Notes: generated from the sequence alone by a model not told the origin. A stretch of 61,890 nucleotides of DNA from Nitrosotalea sp. (GCA_023251295.1 JAHEYZ010000001.1:1-61890); one strand, 5' to 3'. Shown: positions 17,421 to 25,984, counted from the stretch's first letter. Numbers and translations are program-made.

Positions 17421-17827
17421 ATCTTACCACTTTTCATTAATCCACCTTCAAATTTTTTTGCATAATCAACAAATTTTTTTCCATATATGATTAACATCAG
17501 TCCAGTTTTTCTTGGTCTTACAAAAATTGTTCTTTCAATTAATGATAGATTTGTAGCAAGTGTATCAAGCTGATCTTTTACATCGTGCTTCATCTCTATC
17601 AATTCATCATGTCTTTCATAATGATTTTTTGTTATTGAAAGACTTGCTTTATCCAATTTCCTATCTAACTTGTTATATTTGTCATCGATTTTGTCTTTTA
17701 CATCATAGATTTTTTTTATTGAATTTAAAAATTCATAAAATTCAATCAACAATTGATCATTTTTTGTGTTTTTAATCATTATTGTTATTCTGTCTAATTG
17801 CTTAAGAAAAGAGTCATCATCAGTCAT
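17417..17827 (-). CDS. Coiled-coil protein
   Basis: K/D/L-rich heptad-like sequence. Overlaps its neighbours by ATGA. Confidence 0.6.
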   Translation of the reverse strand: MTDDDSFLKQLDRITIMIKNTKNDQLLIEFYEFLNSIKKIYDVKDKIDDKYNKLDRKLDKASLSITKNHYERHDELIEMKHDVKDQLDTLATNLSLIERTIFVRPRKTGLMLIIYGKKFVDYAKKFEGGLMKSGKI

Positions 17828-17967
17828 TTTTTCTTACCAAATAATTTTTTTGCCAGTTTATGCGGATGTTCCTTTTCAACATGTTTGAATACGTCATCAG
17901 CCTTTTCAGAAATATATTTACCACAGAATGGACATGGTTCTCCATTTCCTATTGCTAACATTCCCAT
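17824..17967 (-). CDS. 47-aa C2H2-type zinc-finger protein (below the ORF-track cutoff)
   Basis: Hand translation MGMLAIGNGEPCPFCGKYISEKADDVFKHVEKEHPHKLAKKLFGKKK. Its stop overlaps the ATG of 17417..17827 (ATGA). Confidence 0.5.
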   Translation of the reverse strand: MGMLAIGNGEPCPFCGKYISEKADDVFKHVEKEHPHKLAKKLFGKKK

Positions 17968-18143
17968 TTCATTTCAGACTCCTTGAATAATTTCATAGAT
18001 TCCTTCAATAATTCTGTCATTTTTAAATTCAAATGATATGCTACAATAATTGGATGTTTGTCTATCAGATGTTGTTTCATATTCAAAATCAATTCTTTAC
18101 ATGCTGGACATCTGACTGACTTTGCCAGTGGTACTAGACTCAT
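17955..18143 (-). CDS. C2H2-type zinc-finger protein
   Basis: Contains VRCPACKELILNMKQHLIDKH. Confidence 0.55.
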   Translation of the reverse strand: MSLVPLAKSVRCPACKELILNMKQHLIDKHPIIVAYHLNLKMTELLKESMKLFKESEMKWEC

Positions 18144-18364
18144 TCCTGTGTATCACTCGTCATTTTTTTTGGTACTTTCCCATCCCTAATATCAGTAAGA
18201 TATGATAAGGTAATGTTTGTAAATGCCGAATAATTTCTTTTTTGCAAGTATTCCAAAGCCTTTATCACTCTGATCAAGTTTTTTTCTAATTTGATCAGTC
18301 TTTTCAACTCAGACTTTTTACTCTTGATTTTATCTATATTCTGATTTTGTTTCATCGTCATCAT
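18140..18364 (-). CDS. Hypothetical basic protein
   Basis: ORF track. Confidence 0.5.
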   Translation of the reverse strand: MMTMKQNQNIDKIKSKKSELKRLIKLEKNLIRVIKALEYLQKRNYSAFTNITLSYLTDIRDGKVPKKMTSDTQE

Positions 18365-18454
18365 CGTCTTCCTCTATTACATAAATTGTTCCATCTGGAT
18401 CTTTTTCCAATTCTATAGTTTGATAGCAATGAGGGCAATAGATGCTTCCTACCT

Positions 18455-18721
18455 TTATTTTTTTATCTGATCCCATTTAACAAAACTACCTTCATCAATT
18501 TCTTCCTGACTGTAAATACTGCAACAGTCTTCATCATGTTGTAGTCCATTGAGTACGTGACAAAAATACATGTCACAGCAATTGCATTTACCCCACAAAA
18601 CCCCATGCTTGCAGTCAGGGTTCTTGTATGGATGATCCTCGTTCAGAACACAATGATGTGGTTTAGCAATATCTTTTTCTTTTGTTAGTTCTGCATCAAC
18701 GCTCATTGTAAACTCTTCCAT
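18455..18721 (-). CDS. Cys/His-rich metal-binding protein
   Basis: Contains HHCVLNEDHPYKNPDCKHGVLWGKCNCCDMYFCH. Confidence 0.55.
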   Translation of the reverse strand: MEEFTMSVDAELTKEKDIAKPHHCVLNEDHPYKNPDCKHGVLWGKCNCCDMYFCHVLNGLQHDEDCCSIYSQEEIDEGSFVKWDQIKK

Positions 18722-18978
18722 TTTTGTAATTCTTCATTCCATTTAATATCAAGGCAATTATTTTGAAGTAATGAACAAAAATATGTTAAACTATAAAAAT
18801 AATTCAATCCAAAAGTAGATTCATTTAAAGTTGAAGATCTATTTTGTTTTTCATCACAATCATGAATTACTGTTACTGTTAAACTAAGCAGTTTTTTTTG
18901 TGTATCTACCATCAAATTATTTATTTCATTGATCCATTCTGGGGGAACACCTTCTAATGTCATTGCTTGTTCTTCCAC
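18703..18978 (-). CDS. Hypothetical protein
   Basis: ORF track. Confidence 0.5.
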   Translation of the reverse strand: MEEQAMTLEGVPPEWINEINNLMVDTQKKLLSLTVTVIHDCDEKQNRSSTLNESTFGLNYFYSLTYFCSLLQNNCLDIKWNEELQKWKSLQ

Positions 18979-19151
18979 TTTGCTATAGTAACCCTTTCAA
19001 AAACCTTCACATGTGGGCAATAAAATATTCCATGATTTGGAATCATCTTGAACATTAATTTCTGCCCGTCTTTTTTATTATCATACCATGCATCAAGGAT
19101 CTTTGCTGGTGTTGTTTCACTGCATTTTTTACAGCAAATTATGTATGTCAT
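18960..19151 (-). CDS. Zinc-finger protein
   Basis: Contains CCKKCSE...YCPH. Confidence 0.5.
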   Translation of the reverse strand: MTYIICCKKCSETTPAKILDAWYDNKKDGQKLMFKMIPNHGIFYCPHVKVFERVTIAKWKNKQ

Positions 19152-19333
19152 CTAGCTTGTACCTTTCTTTTGTAGATTTGCCAAGTATCGTAGTTTAACT
19201 CTCCTATCTGTTCATATACATTACAATTGCATTTCTCGCAATTTGTTCTATTATTATTCATTCCAGTCATACGCATTTCATGTTCATGTTCTCCATGACC
19301 ACAAATGCAGATTTTAAACGTGTAATTGTCCAA
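19148..19333 (-). CDS. Cys/His-rich zinc-binding protein
   Basis: Contains CICGHGEHEHEM...CEKCNC. Confidence 0.5.
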   Translation of the reverse strand: MDNYTFKICICGHGEHEHEMRMTGMNNNRTNCEKCNCNVYEQIGELNYDTWQIYKRKVQAR

Positions 19334-19365
19334 ACCAACTGATGAGAAAAAAGGTGAGATGAGGA

Positions 19366-19800
19366 TTAATCCTCAACTCTTTTGATTTGTTCTTCGAAAG
19401 GAGATAGCTCTTCCTCTCGAATTACCATGTAGTCGCCAACCTTTAGGTTCTTTGGTAGGTGGTCTGCTTGTTTGCCTTGCTTGTTTTCATGAACAAGCTC
19501 GGCTGGATTTGTCATTGTGCTTTCCACTACTCTCACAAACATGTCAGTTTGCACTTGTTTCATATCAAGTGTTCGCATTGGTTTTTTATCCAGTGTTTGG
19601 AATACCAATGTCTGACCTCTGAGTTTGTGTTTGTGTCCACTCTTTTCCCCGTATGCAAGTACAGGATTGTCCACCTGAAATGCATCGGCTGGGATCTGTT
19701 CGATTGGGTACAGGAGTACATCTCCCTGTCTTACCATTCGATCTAGTATGTCGAATTTATTCGTCATATCATCACCTGTTTCAAAATCTAGTTTGTCCAT
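19366..19800 (-). CDS. Hypothetical protein with GEKSGHKH motif
   Basis: GDVLLYPIEQIP...VLAYGEKSGHKHKL resembles a small beta-barrel protein family common in viruses. From memory only. Confidence 0.6.
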   Translation of the reverse strand: MDKLDFETGDDMTNKFDILDRMVRQGDVLLYPIEQIPADAFQVDNPVLAYGEKSGHKHKLRGQTLVFQTLDKKPMRTLDMKQVQTDMFVRVVESTMTNPAELVHENKQGKQADHLPKNLKVGDYMVIREEELSPFEEQIKRVED

Positions 19801-19805
19801 ATCAG

Positions 19806-20360
19806 TTAAGATTCATTCTCCTTTTTGAGCATTGCGTATTCTGGTTCTGACAAGGAAAATTTTGATGCCATTGCTTCATCAGCCCATATATGACGGTCTT
19901 CTACAAAAGAAATGTATTTCCTATCTGTAGAAACATCTGGATAAACTAGAAATTTAAGTTTCCTTCCTTGTATTATCTGATCTGTTTCATACAGCTTGTT
20001 GCCTCTTTCAGATGTATCAACCAACACCGCCTTGGTCTGTTTTACAAATTCATCCTCACCCATTTTTTTTAGTTTCTCCATTCTTTTCTCAATGTTTGCT
20101 GTCCTGATTATACGAAATGCATTTGATCTTAATGCACTAAAAAGCAATACGATACCAGTCATTACTATTGGTATTGTTCCAGATATTGCTCTAACTTGAT
20201 CATACTGTGCCTTTAATTCTGGTGGCATTGCACTTACATCCAAATCTGTAATCGAAGAAAATACTGCACCACTTATGATAAAAACAATTGGTGCGCTTAT
20301 AACACACATTATTAGATATGGCATACTATCTTTGATTATTTCTTTGGGAACGTTAATCAT
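19806..20360 (-). CDS. Membrane protein, tandem paralog 1
   Basis: Shares ...ANIEKRMEKLKKMGEDEFVKQTKAVL...KFLVYPDVSTDRKYISFVE...DEAMASKFSLSEPEYAMLKKENES with 20357..20887. Confidence 0.75.
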   Translation of the reverse strand: MINVPKEIIKDSMPYLIMCVISAPIVFIISGAVFSSITDLDVSAMPPELKAQYDQVRAISGTIPIVMTGIVLLFSALRSNAFRIIRTANIEKRMEKLKKMGEDEFVKQTKAVLVDTSERGNKLYETDQIIQGRKLKFLVYPDVSTDRKYISFVEDRHIWADEAMASKFSLSEPEYAMLKKENES

Positions 20361-20887
20361 GATTCATTCTCTCGTTTCAACATTGAATATTCACTTGATG
20401 ATAATGAAAATTTTGATGCCATTGCTTCATCTGCATCAGTAAAATTCTCTCTTACAAATGAGATGTATTTTCTATCTGTTGAAATATCTCCATACACCAA
20501 AAACTTCATTGTTCTTCCCTTTACGACATTTTCTGTACTATACAATTGATTCCCCCTTTCAGATTGATCTAATAATATAGCCTTGGTCTGTTTAACAAAC
20601 TCATCTGCGCCTAGTTTTTTTAACCTCTCCATCCTTTTTTCTATGTTTGCTGTCTTGATTATTTGTAATGCATTGCCTCTGAAAAACATTGGAACTACTG
20701 GTAGAAATATTATAAATGGCAATGCAAGAAATAACATAAATGTCGTATTATCCATCAATTCAGGATTCTCTTCTTCAACCTGCACTGGTATCATTGCAAT
20801 TAAAATCAGGAATGGTATTCCAACTATCATTGGAACAATCGAACCACCTGAATCCTTTATGATCGTTCTAAAAATTTTGATTGCCAT
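20357..20887 (-). CDS. Membrane protein, tandem paralog 2
   Basis: The C-terminal domain is nearly colinear with that of 19806..20360, while the N-terminal TM region differs. Confidence 0.75.
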   Translation of the reverse strand: MAIKIFRTIIKDSGGSIVPMIVGIPFLILIAMIPVQVEEENPELMDNTTFMLFLALPFIIFLPVVPMFFRGNALQIIKTANIEKRMERLKKLGADEFVKQTKAILLDQSERGNQLYSTENVVKGRTMKFLVYGDISTDRKYISFVRENFTDADEAMASKFSLSSSEYSMLKRENES

Positions 20888-21143
20888 CTCCGAAAAATCA
20901 TTATATCAAGTGCTTTATTAGTTTTTTCAAAAGATAAAGAAGGGTGGTTTGATCCACACACTCCTTTGAGTAACCCTTGTTTTTTCAGGGAGATGGTCTG
21001 ACAATCAGAAACATGGTTACGAAACTAAAGGTCTGACCACATTAGAATAAGATTATATCATTAATAAACAATTTGTTTGTCTGGTGTTAAGCTTTACTCA
21101 GTGTTGATTTTTAGATCGGATCATTTTAATGATCTATGCCTGA

Positions 21144-21728
21144 CTATCGGAAGTAGTTGTTTTTAATCTTATACATTATGTTTTCAGCTATATTATTATC
21201 AGGTTTTACATCCATTGTATTCTTGTCTAAAATGAAATCTGCTCTAAATTCTCCTAAACTATCTACACCATAATCTTTGATCTTGTCAGATGGTATGAAT
21301 AAATATCTTACTTTATAGATATTGTCAGATTGTTTGGATACATACCAGTCAGATTTTGTGTCTGGTTCTGTAATAAAGTAATTTAATGAAAATCCATAAT
21401 ATACAAGCATACTGAATTTTATTTCATCTATTACGGTAAAATCATTCTCCGTTTCATATTTGAAGTTTTCAACCAGCATTACCTCTTCATTTGTATTGTT
21501 TTCTACTATGTTGAACCTAGCTAGTTTTAGGTATGATTTGTATTGTTGTCTATCAGCCTCAAATTTTTCAGATGCATATTTCTCTACTTCTAATTTTTCT
21601 TGTAGTATTTTTTCTTCTTTTTGTTTTTTGATTTGATCTACATCTGATATTTTTTCAAATACAATTACTGATGAAAAAATAATTAAACCAACTCCTATTA
21701 TAGCCAATATCAGTGGTTTTTTCTTCAA
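21144..21728 (-). CDS. Membrane-anchored or secreted protein
   Basis: N-terminal KKKPLILAIIGVGLIIFSSVIVF signal-anchor. Confidence 0.7.
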   Translation of the reverse strand: MKKKPLILAIIGVGLIIFSSVIVFEKISDVDQIKKQKEEKILQEKLEVEKYASEKFEADRQQYKSYLKLARFNIVENNTNEEVMLVENFKYETENDFTVIDEIKFSMLVYYGFSLNYFITEPDTKSDWYVSKQSDNIYKVRYLFIPSDKIKDYGVDSLGEFRADFILDKNTMDVKPDNNIAENIMYKIKNNYFR

Positions 21729-21894
21729 ATCAGATGTGATTTTTGATAGCCAAATATAAAGAAACTGCCTTTAATTGAATCTAAATAAAAGAAAAAAGGT
21801 TTTGATTGGAGTTCCTTCAACTCCACTTTTCCTTTCTGGGTAGTCTTTTCCGATGTTGTGTTTGGTGCTGGTGGACACAAGCAAAAACTTTTGC

Positions 21895-22125
21895 CTATTG
21901 TCTTCCACCGAGGGCCCCAAATATTGCAAATAGTGCAAAGAACAATGCAACAGGAAGTATTCCTATAACAGTCCATGCTGTATCTTTTGCGTTCTGACAT
22001 TCAGTTGCGCCTTGGCCAGTTGGACAATGTATCGAATCGCTAACTTCTGCGAAGATAAGTATGCCAATAAGCAACGCAACGGCCGCGCCAATGAAGGCCA
22101 GAATAAAACCTAAACTTAATACTAT
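21895..22125 (-). CDS. 76-aa two-TM Cys-stapled hairpin protein (minimal family member); no canonical start, ATA aligned to the paralog ATG
   Basis: Hand translation (I)VLSLGFILAFIGAAVALLIGILIFAEVSDSIHCPTGQGATECQNAKDTAWTVIGILPVALFFALFAIFGALGGRQ. An in-frame TGA lies 2 codons upstream. An SD-like GGGGGTGA lies 6 nt upstream of the ATA. Not in the ORF track. Confidence 0.6.
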   Translation of the reverse strand: MVLSLGFILAFIGAAVALLIGILIFAEVSDSIHCPTGQGATECQNAKDTAWTVIGILPVALFFALFAIFGALGGRQ

Positions 22126-22177
22126 TTCAGTTCACCCCCTTTAGTTTCATAACCATTGCATTGCTTTGTAACGTACA

Positions 22178-22255
22178 CTCTTATAAAAGAAAACTTTAGG
22201 TCATATTCAGTCATAGAATGTGTTTTCGTCTGACAAAAAAGTTCTTTTATAAGAG
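22178..22255. promoter_or_regulatory. Back-to-back (divergent) class-A promoters
   Basis: The minus-oriented copy is CTCTTATAAAAGAAAA at 22178-22193. The plus-oriented copy is TTCTTTTATAAGAG at 22242-22255, followed by TCTAGA as in the copies at 29661-29670 and 30845-30852. Confidence 0.6.
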
Positions 22256-22323
22256 TCTAGATCTTCTGAAATATCCTCATTTTCAGTAAAAAAAGTTATT
22301 TGTAACTAGGTTTACTATGATTA

Positions 22324-22527
22324 TTGCTCAAACCATTCAGTGTCAAGTTTACCAATGACAGACTGAACCAACCTGTTACCGCAGAACTGTTCAAAAATGT
22401 AGGCAGGTTCAATCCTGAGAGATGCCCTGAACATGTAAAAATTGAAGATCTTATGATAATTAATGATGAGATCTTCTGTAAAGTGTGCCATCTAAAACTG
22501 AGGATTGTTCCTTCATGGTTATGGTAA
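22324..22527 (+). CDS. Small Cys/His protein, first gene of the only plus-strand operon (TTG start)
   Basis: Contains CPEH...CKVCH. Lies downstream of the plus-oriented class-A promoter. Confidence 0.45.
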   Translation: MLKPFSVKFTNDRLNQPVTAELFKNVGRFNPERCPEHVKIEDLMIINDEIFCKVCHLKLRIVPSWLW

Positions 22528-22563
22528 CAAAACAGCTTTATAGTGTAGATACCAAAAATTACT

Positions 22564-23160
22564 GTGCAACCGCTCAATGCCAAACTGAAAAACTATCTGT
22601 ACCAGTGTAACAGGTTCAAAATCATTGCAGACATGTGGTATTGTGGGCCTTCTGAAAAGGACTATAATAACATGAAATTTGATGGTGCATATCCATCTGG
22701 ATTTTTAAAGAACTGGAAGATCGCCTTTGCTGACTATATTCCATCTGACCCCAAGAAAATCATACATGTCTGTGCTGGCAGAGTTCCAAAATCGGAAGGT
22801 GTTACCCTTGATATTGACATAAAGTACGACCCAGATTATCTCTGCAATGCAGAAACTATGAGATACGGTTCACTGCTTGAAGGAGAGAGGCAAGTTCCAA
22901 GTGATGAGTTTGATTGGGCAATTGCTGATCCACCATACAATGATGAGGCATCAGAAAAATATTACAACAAAAAACTTTTGAACAAATCAATGATGATAAA
23001 ACAAATGGCTAGGATTGTTAGGACTGGTGGGTTTGTTGCAATTCTTGATCAGACAATGCCACAAGGCAAACCAAGTAATTTGGAATGTGTAGCTAGGATT
23101 GGTGTTACCAGTGTTCCAAATTTGGATGTTCGAGTTCTGACAATATTTCAAAAGATTTAA
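22564..23160 (+). CDS. DNA methyltransferase (N6-adenine or N4-cytosine), DPPY motif
   Basis: Motif I-like IIHVCAGRV precedes motif IV WAIADPPYN. The tail reads VRTGGFVAILD. The track start is GTG; the first in-frame ATG is near 22633. Confidence 0.8.
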   Translation: MQPLNAKLKNYLYQCNRFKIIADMWYCGPSEKDYNNMKFDGAYPSGFLKNWKIAFADYIPSDPKKIIHVCAGRVPKSEGVTLDIDIKYDPDYLCNAETMRYGSLLEGERQVPSDEFDWAIADPPYNDEASEKYYNKKLLNKSMMIKQMARIVRTGGFVAILDQTMPQGKPSNLECVARIGVTSVPNLDVRVLTIFQKI

Positions 23161-23208
23161 TTTAATTATGTTGGCATCAAATGACAAAATCGTTTAGGAT
23201 TTATCCGT

Positions 23209-23300
23209 GTGGATTTCATCTGTTTTTCAAATTATTTTGGGCATAAAATGAGAATGCAGAATCCCTTAACCACAATCTAGCCAACTATCAATGTAGAATT
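23209..23300. other. Conserved intergenic element, copy 2 (with a 38-nt insertion relative to copy 1)
   Basis: See 7241-7297. This copy lies between the convergent 3' ends of the plus-strand methyltransferase (23160) and minus-strand ORF 23314..23472. Confidence 0.6.
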
Positions 23301-23313
23301 TTATTGTTTTATA

Positions 23314-23472
23314 TTAGTATTGTTTTGATGAAAGTTTTACTCCCATGCACTTATCACATATTGCTTCCATCCATTCATGTGAATCATTCCAGACAAGTAT
23401 GCATGGTTTTTTCTCTTCTGGTATTGGCTTGCCACATACAAAGCAGTGCGGGTTTTCTTCGTTGTAAACCAT
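23314..23472 (-). CDS. 52-aa zinc-ribbon protein (below the ORF-track cutoff)
   Basis: Hand translation MVYNEENPHCFVCGKPIPEEKKPCILVWNDSHEWMEAICDKCMGVKLSSKQY. Confidence 0.5.
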   Translation of the reverse strand: MVYNEENPHCFVCGKPIPEEKKPCILVWNDSHEWMEAICDKCMGVKLSSKQY

Positions 23473-23486
23473 TTTAAATCTGATTG

Positions 23487-23678
23487 TCAGAGTTTACGCC
23501 ATTTTATCAATTCAATGTGTTCTTTGTTAAGCTGTTCCCAATTCGGCACTTCGTCTTTTTTATATCCACACCACCAAGGACAACTGCACTCAATCTGATC
23601 ATATCTTGCACCATTATGGCATTCGCAGTTATCACTACACATTACACAATCTTCATGATTTTTCTCAGTTGTGTTCAA
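23487..23678 (-). CDS. Cys-rich metal-binding protein
   Basis: Contains CVMCSDNCECHNGARYDQIECSCPWWCGY. Confidence 0.55.
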   Translation of the reverse strand: MNTTEKNHEDCVMCSDNCECHNGARYDQIECSCPWWCGYKKDEVPNWEQLNKEHIELIKWRKL

Positions 23679-23693
23679 ATCAATTCACTTCTA

Positions 23694-24077
23694 TTAGAAA
23701 AGTAATTCCACTTCTTCTATTGATTTTACAAAATGCATTATTGAGTCCTTGAACATATTACCTCTATGAGTTGTTCTATAGATTATTATCTTTCCTGCAT
23801 GTACTTTTTTTCCTGTATCCTCTTCATTTAGATAACCTATCTTCAATAACCTTACAATCAAAGGTCTGGTTTTAATCCAATCTGTTTTAACAACCTGTAT
23901 GATTTTTGATATTTTTGCACCGCCATTACAAACATTTAGAATTTCATATACTATCTCAAACTGATCTCTTCTAGATTTTTTCTTCTCTTCCTTTTTCATA
24001 GCCTTCCTAAATTTGTTGATAATTTTATTATCTATCTTTTCTGATTTTGTTTTCATTACTTTGGTTTCCACCACCAT
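23694..24077 (-). CDS. Winged-helix DNA-binding protein with Lys-rich N-terminus
   Basis: Contains FEIVYEILNVCNGGAKISKIIQVVKTDWIKTRPLIVRLLKIGYLNEED. Confidence 0.65.
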   Translation of the reverse strand: MVVETKVMKTKSEKIDNKIINKFRKAMKKEEKKKSRRDQFEIVYEILNVCNGGAKISKIIQVVKTDWIKTRPLIVRLLKIGYLNEEDTGKKVHAGKIIIYRTTHRGNMFKDSIMHFVKSIEEVELLF

Positions 24078-24211
24078 GTTGTTTCAAATTCTGATCCACA
24101 GTCTTTACATTGAAATTTTGCGATAGTTTCCTTTGTATCGCCTGAATCCCACCATGTATCACAAAATACCATGATCAGTTTTCCAAATGGATGTGGGCAT
24201 TCTTGTGACAT
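24056..24211 (-). CDS. 51-aa zinc-ribbon protein (below cutoff)
   Basis: Hand translation MSQECPHPFGKLIMVFCDTWWDSGDTKETIAKFQCKDCGSEFETTWWWKPK. Confidence 0.4.
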   Translation of the reverse strand: MSQECPHPFGKLIMVFCDTWWDSGDTKETIAKFQCKDCGSEFETTWWWKPK

Positions 24212-24345
24212 GTTTTTCCAGTTCTAAACTCCTTTGTAAATAACTTATCGACCCTTTTTACTTTTGGGTGGAACACCTTGTAGTGAGTCCTCATCCACTT
24301 CCAAACATCTGTTCTATACTTGTCGCATTCAGTACAGATTGCCAT
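24172..24345 (-). CDS. 57-aa C/H zinc-finger protein (below cutoff)
   Basis: Hand translation MAICTECDKYRTDVWKWMRTHYKVFHPKVKR... Confidence 0.4.
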
Positions 24346-24503
24346 TAATCACTACCTTCCTGTATGTGATCGGGAATTGGGAATTGTGCATGGTTCATAA
24401 TATCTGCTTGTCTTTGTGCGCACTCTTTGCACTTTATAATATGTTTTGATAATCCTAACAAAGTCATCATAGTATCCATTTCTTGTTTAGTTAGTTCAGC
24501 CAT
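24345..24503 (-). CDS. 52-aa protein with CxxC (below cutoff)
   Basis: Hand translation MAELTKQEMDTMMTLLGLSKHIIKCKECAQRQADIMNHAQFPIPDHIQEGSD. TAATG overlap with the next ORF. Confidence 0.4.
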   Translation of the reverse strand: MAELTKQEMDTMMTLLGLSKHIIKCKECAQRQADIMNHAQFPIPDHIQEGSD

Positions 24504-24650
24504 ATCTTAGAAATTCCTCTCTCCATATTCCATCATCATCCCATAAATCTAAATTATCTTTTGTCAAGGGTTATTCCTCACGTTTTTGCAATGATCACAA
24601 TTACAATATGGTGAATAATATTTGTTTTTTGGATATTTACATCCCATCTT

Positions 24651-24956
24651 TCATACCTTCGAACTTCCATCCTTTTTTGTAATATGAGATTCTAATGAAA
24701 GTCTAGCAATTTCTGAAACATAGTATTCTATCTCAATCTCTAAAAGCGGATCTAATTTTGGGAATTGTTTTTGAATTACTCGTTCTGTCGCATTGAATAA
24801 TCCTATGTTATCTTTTCTCCCTTCTTTATGCCATATTTTTAAATCCTTTTTAAATTCATTCCAAATTAATTTCTGATATTTTGGTGTTAATGCCACACCT
24901 TGTTTAACATTATCAAGTATTCCTAATTCAACACATTTTTGAAAATTGTCAGACAT
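24651..24956 (-). CDS. Hypothetical protein
   Basis: ORF track, 101 aa. Confidence 0.6.
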   Translation of the reverse strand: MSDNFQKCVELGILDNVKQGVALTPKYQKLIWNEFKKDLKIWHKEGRKDNIGLFNATERVIQKQFPKLDPLLEIEIEYYVSEIARLSLESHITKKDGSSKV

Positions 24957-25078
24957 TAATTAACCAAACCATCCACATCCGCATTTTGTACACGCTATAT
25001 TGTAATCATTATGATCTTTTCTGTCATGTTCACATTGGTTACATTTTCCACCTTTTTGTTTCCATTCAAACCAACCTA

Positions 25079-25321
25079 TCATTTGATTGGATTCCTTTCC
25101 AAGTTTTGTGGATTAATATTTGGTGTTTGTTTTTTAATTAGCCAAACTATAACTGGAATTAAAATTACAACTACTGCTATTAGCAATACATCCAATATTT
25201 GATAGGCGTTTATTGTTTGGATTGGATCTGCTATAGTAAGGTACATGATAGATGCAATAAAACCCATAATCCCTAACGCAACTACAACACCGCCTATCTG
25301 CATTCCAGTTTCTTGTTTCAT
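25079..25321 (-). CDS. Two-TM membrane protein
   Basis: Contains IGGVVVALGIMGFIASIMYL and VLLIAVVVILIPVIVWLI. Confidence 0.6.
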   Translation of the reverse strand: MKQETGMQIGGVVVALGIMGFIASIMYLTIADPIQTINAYQILDVLLIAVVVILIPVIVWLIKKQTPNINPQNLERNPIK

Positions 25322-25550
25322 TTAATTTACCTCTTCGAATCCATTGTAATTTCTAGGATCAGGAACATGTTCGCATGGAACGGTTTTTCTACATTTTATA
25401 CAATACATCATGTGCTACCTTTTACTTTAGATTCAAGCTGTTTGATTAATTTATCTTGGAGTTCTAATGCAGTTTGTAAATTATCTAGTCTTTCATTTAC
25501 TTCTTTCATCCATTTTATTAATCCTTCTGGAAAGACCATTATGTGTTACC

Positions 25551-25796
25551 TTATGCCTTACTCCAAGTATCCAACTTGCTTGCTTCTTCTTCTCTACTCA
25601 TGAAAAAATATCTTGCGGAAAACAATGAAAAGACTAATAATAAAACAGGTAAGTAACCGAATCCCTCTCCATTCATAAACAAAACATAACATATACTTAG
25701 AAAATTAACACCTGCAAAAACTAATAATGTATTAGCGATCATGTTTGATATTTTTATTTCCTTTTCTACTATTTTGGGTAAAATGTAATGCTTCAT
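25551..25796 (-). CDS. Two-TM membrane protein
   Basis: Contains IANTLLVFAGVNFLSICYVLF and YLPVLLLVFSLFSARYFF. Confidence 0.6.
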   Translation of the reverse strand: MKHYILPKIVEKEIKISNMIANTLLVFAGVNFLSICYVLFMNGEGFGYLPVLLLVFSLFSARYFFMSREEEASKLDTWSKA

Positions 25797-25984
25797 TTTT
25801 TATCATCTTTTTTTAATTGAAGTGTTTTATTATAATATCCTGCAAGAAAAAGAGGCATGCATGTATCACAGTAATAGAATGGTTCTTTTCTTGTACGTGA
25901 ATAAAATGTGTTTACAACATGACATTTACATTTTTCACAAACAGTTTGTCCACAATTTGAACAATCCCCTAAGTTACTACTCAT
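25793..25984 (-). CDS. Zinc-finger protein
   Basis: Contains CSNCGQTVCEKCKCH...YCDTC. Confidence 0.55.
   Translation of the reverse strand: MSSNLGDCSNCGQTVCEKCKCHVVNTFYSRTRKEPFYYCDTCMPLFLAGYYNKTLQLKKDDKK

Noticed and set aside
21725-22000. 91-aa minus-strand ORF from the track
   Set aside because: It overlaps, in another frame, the hairpin-family gene 21895..22125, which has clear paralog support. Its own sequence has no features, and its 3' part overlaps 21144..21728.
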